Of a DNA stretch of 64,000 nucleotides, positions 61,938 to 64,000 are shown piece by piece. Position 1 is the first letter of the stretch, and every line of letters begins with the position of its first letter. The notes under the pieces are model-generated. The model was not told the origin of the DNA, searched no databases, and worked only from the letters and a program-made list of their open reading frames with translations. The translations under genes and the position numbers were made by a program. Source of the stretch: Octopus bimaculoides (taxonomy: Eukaryota). The stretch lies in NCBI RefSeq assembly GCF_001194135.2, contig NC_069001.1, forward strand, positions 23,048,331 to 23,112,330, given 5' to 3'.

Positions 61938-63381
61938 CATGTGTATGTATGCATATGTTAGTATATATTTATAAATTATTTATTCAATTTAATATATTGC
62001 TTTCTGATTGAACTAGAGGAATAAACAACAAAATATATTCTATTTAAAGTAAGAAATTAATTATATTTCTCGAGTATTTAAATTTTATTTGCTTTCAGAT
62101 TTTTTTCATTCGTTTTCTTTTTTTCTTTCTTTTTGTTCCTTCAAGTGATCTCAGTGCCAAAGATAGTAGTTTGCTCTTATAATCCATAATCTTATGAAGC
62201 ATGATGCTACAAGGCATTCCAAACCAATATAGATATCAGAAACAAAAGAAATTTTTCAAAATGTAAAATACAAGCAAACACTTCATGTGGTAAGATATGG
62301 TTTTGGTGTAACAGCTTTAGAATAAATGATTTCCATAAGAGCAAAAATTCTTTTCTTTTTAATACATAAATACATAAAACATCTTTTGGGAATATAACAA
62401 CTTCAATTGGATCTAGGGAGATAGTAAAGATTAAATTTATCTGAGTGACATGAATTGTTTTGCAGTGTGATTGTCCTCATTTTTTCTCTCCATTTCAAAT
62501 GTTATATTAAAGAATAAAAAACAAAAACAAATTGAATAGAAAAAATTTCTGTGATATTCTTACAAATGTACAATATCGCAAATTTTCAATATCAGTGAAA
62601 CATTCATTGAAAATATTACAACAAAGTTGTGGATTTATTTTGATTTATTGATGGAAATTTTGAATGAAAAGAAAGTAGTTGCAAATTAAATTGTACAAAC
62701 AAATTGTACCTAGTTTGATTTCCTTATTTTATTTTGGCATTGTTGTAAACGTGTGTGTGTGTGTGTATGCATTCATGCATAGATAAACACAAACATATGA
62801 GTGTATATGTATATATGTATGTTAATACATACGTACATATATTGTCATAATCATTGTTGCTGTCCTCTTAGAGAGGTCAGGAAGCCCCATCTCCAGTACT
62901 GGGATGAAAATTTTTTTAGGACACAGTCCTCTTCTACATAAGAATAATTTTTTTCCCGTGAAATTAGGATTTCGTTCTTCCTTTCCTCTTTTACATTCTT
63001 AAATTTTTTGTCAATGAAACAAGCTATACATCAATAAATACATGAATAAACAAATAACAACAGCTTTTATATAATAAGAGACTTTCATTTATCCTCATGC
63101 TTCAGATATTTCCATATTGAAGCTTTTTCTTTCTTTATATTTTTCAATGGTTGCATGTTTTACTCCTGTATCATCATCTGGATGATTTTTCATCGAAATC
63201 TGTACAATTTCACATATTCAATGGGTGGTTGTTCAAATTAATCACCTTAAAATCTGTAAATTTGTCACTTTTTTTTTTAATTCATGGCAATTCTTTTTAT
63301 TAGAATATATAATGTTCATCAAAATTCCTCTTTATACCTGTACAGATTTTATATAAATAATATTAATTATATATACATATC

Positions 63382-63565
63382 TAGGCACAGGTGTGGTTGT
63401 GTGGTTAAGAAGTTTGCTTCTTAATCACATGGTTCTGGGTTCAGCTCCATGGTGTGGCACCTTGGGCACACAATCGAGCTTTATGGAGTCCTTGGACACA
63501 TCAGTCCCTGTCAAACAATCCAACCCATGACAGCATGGAACATGGACGTTAAATGATGAGGATAA
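63382..63565 (+). mobile_element. Chimera: family B tRNA head (63382-63467) joined to an RTE family A tail
   Basis: GGCACAGGTGTGG...CACCTTGGGCA followed directly by ...TCCAACCCATGACAGCATGGAACATGGACGTTAAATGATG. Confidence 0.65.
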
Positions 63566-63567
63566 TA

Positions 63568-63597
<30 letters not shown>

Positions 63598-63603
<6 letters not shown>

Positions 63604-63823
63604 CTTTACTACCCACAAGGGGCTACACACAGAGGGGACAAACAAGGACAGACGAATGGATTAAGTCAAATTTTTCGACCCCAGTGCGTAACTGGTACTT
63701 ATTTAATCGACCCCGAAAGGATGAAAGGCAAAGTCGACCTCAGCGGAATTTGAACTCAGAACGTAGCGGCAGACGAAATACCGCTAAGCATTTCGCCCCA
63801 CGTGCTAACGTTTCTGCCAGCTC
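63598..63823 (-). mobile_element. SINE family C, full length and well preserved (further copies include about 51030-51205)
   Basis: GAGCTGGCAGAAACGTTAGCACG head, GTTCAAATTCC B-box and GTGGGTAGTAAAGAAAT tail. Confidence 0.9.
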
Positions 63824-64000
63824 GTGTGTGTGTGTGTGAATACGTATGTCTGTATGTTTGTCTTTTTTGTGCTGATAATTGGATGGATCTTATTATGCTA
63901 ATTTCGGAAGGCATTTGCAATGTAATCCTAGAAATTACTGGCACAGATCTCATTGTAAAATCGTTTAATGAATTCATCAAATTTTTTCTTCAGCTCCTTT

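Overview
AT-rich, microsatellite-rich eukaryotic DNA with six N-gaps. The repeat families (tRNA-derived SINEs, RTE 3' ends with (GAT)n tails, Dong/R4-type LINEs) suggest a cephalopod, probably octopus; this is an inference. I could not support any intact host protein-coding exon, so the window is probably intergenic or intronic. Nearly all long ORFs in the track are microsatellite or gap artefacts, or decayed transposon genes. Recognisable relics are hAT, Tc1, two mariners, a Helitron with an intact 3' terminus, a near-full-length piggyBac with apparent introns, RTE and Dong/R4 LINE pieces, a Penelope-like (PLE) reverse transcriptase, several MITEs and dozens of SINEs. The main discovery is about ten hand-folded minimal hammerhead-ribozyme (HHR) motifs from several unrelated small repeat families, most with a self-complementary helix III as in PLE-type HHRs. 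Their cores covary at the tertiary 3-8 pair (C3-G8, U3-A8 twice, G3-C8), and one family shares an A6U change. One element joins a tRNA-like Pol III head to a canonical HHR (a ribozyme-bearing SINE). Three of the elements carry head-to-head 5' inversions typical of PLE insertion. All folds were done by eye, no ribozyme activity is shown, and repeat boundaries are approximate.
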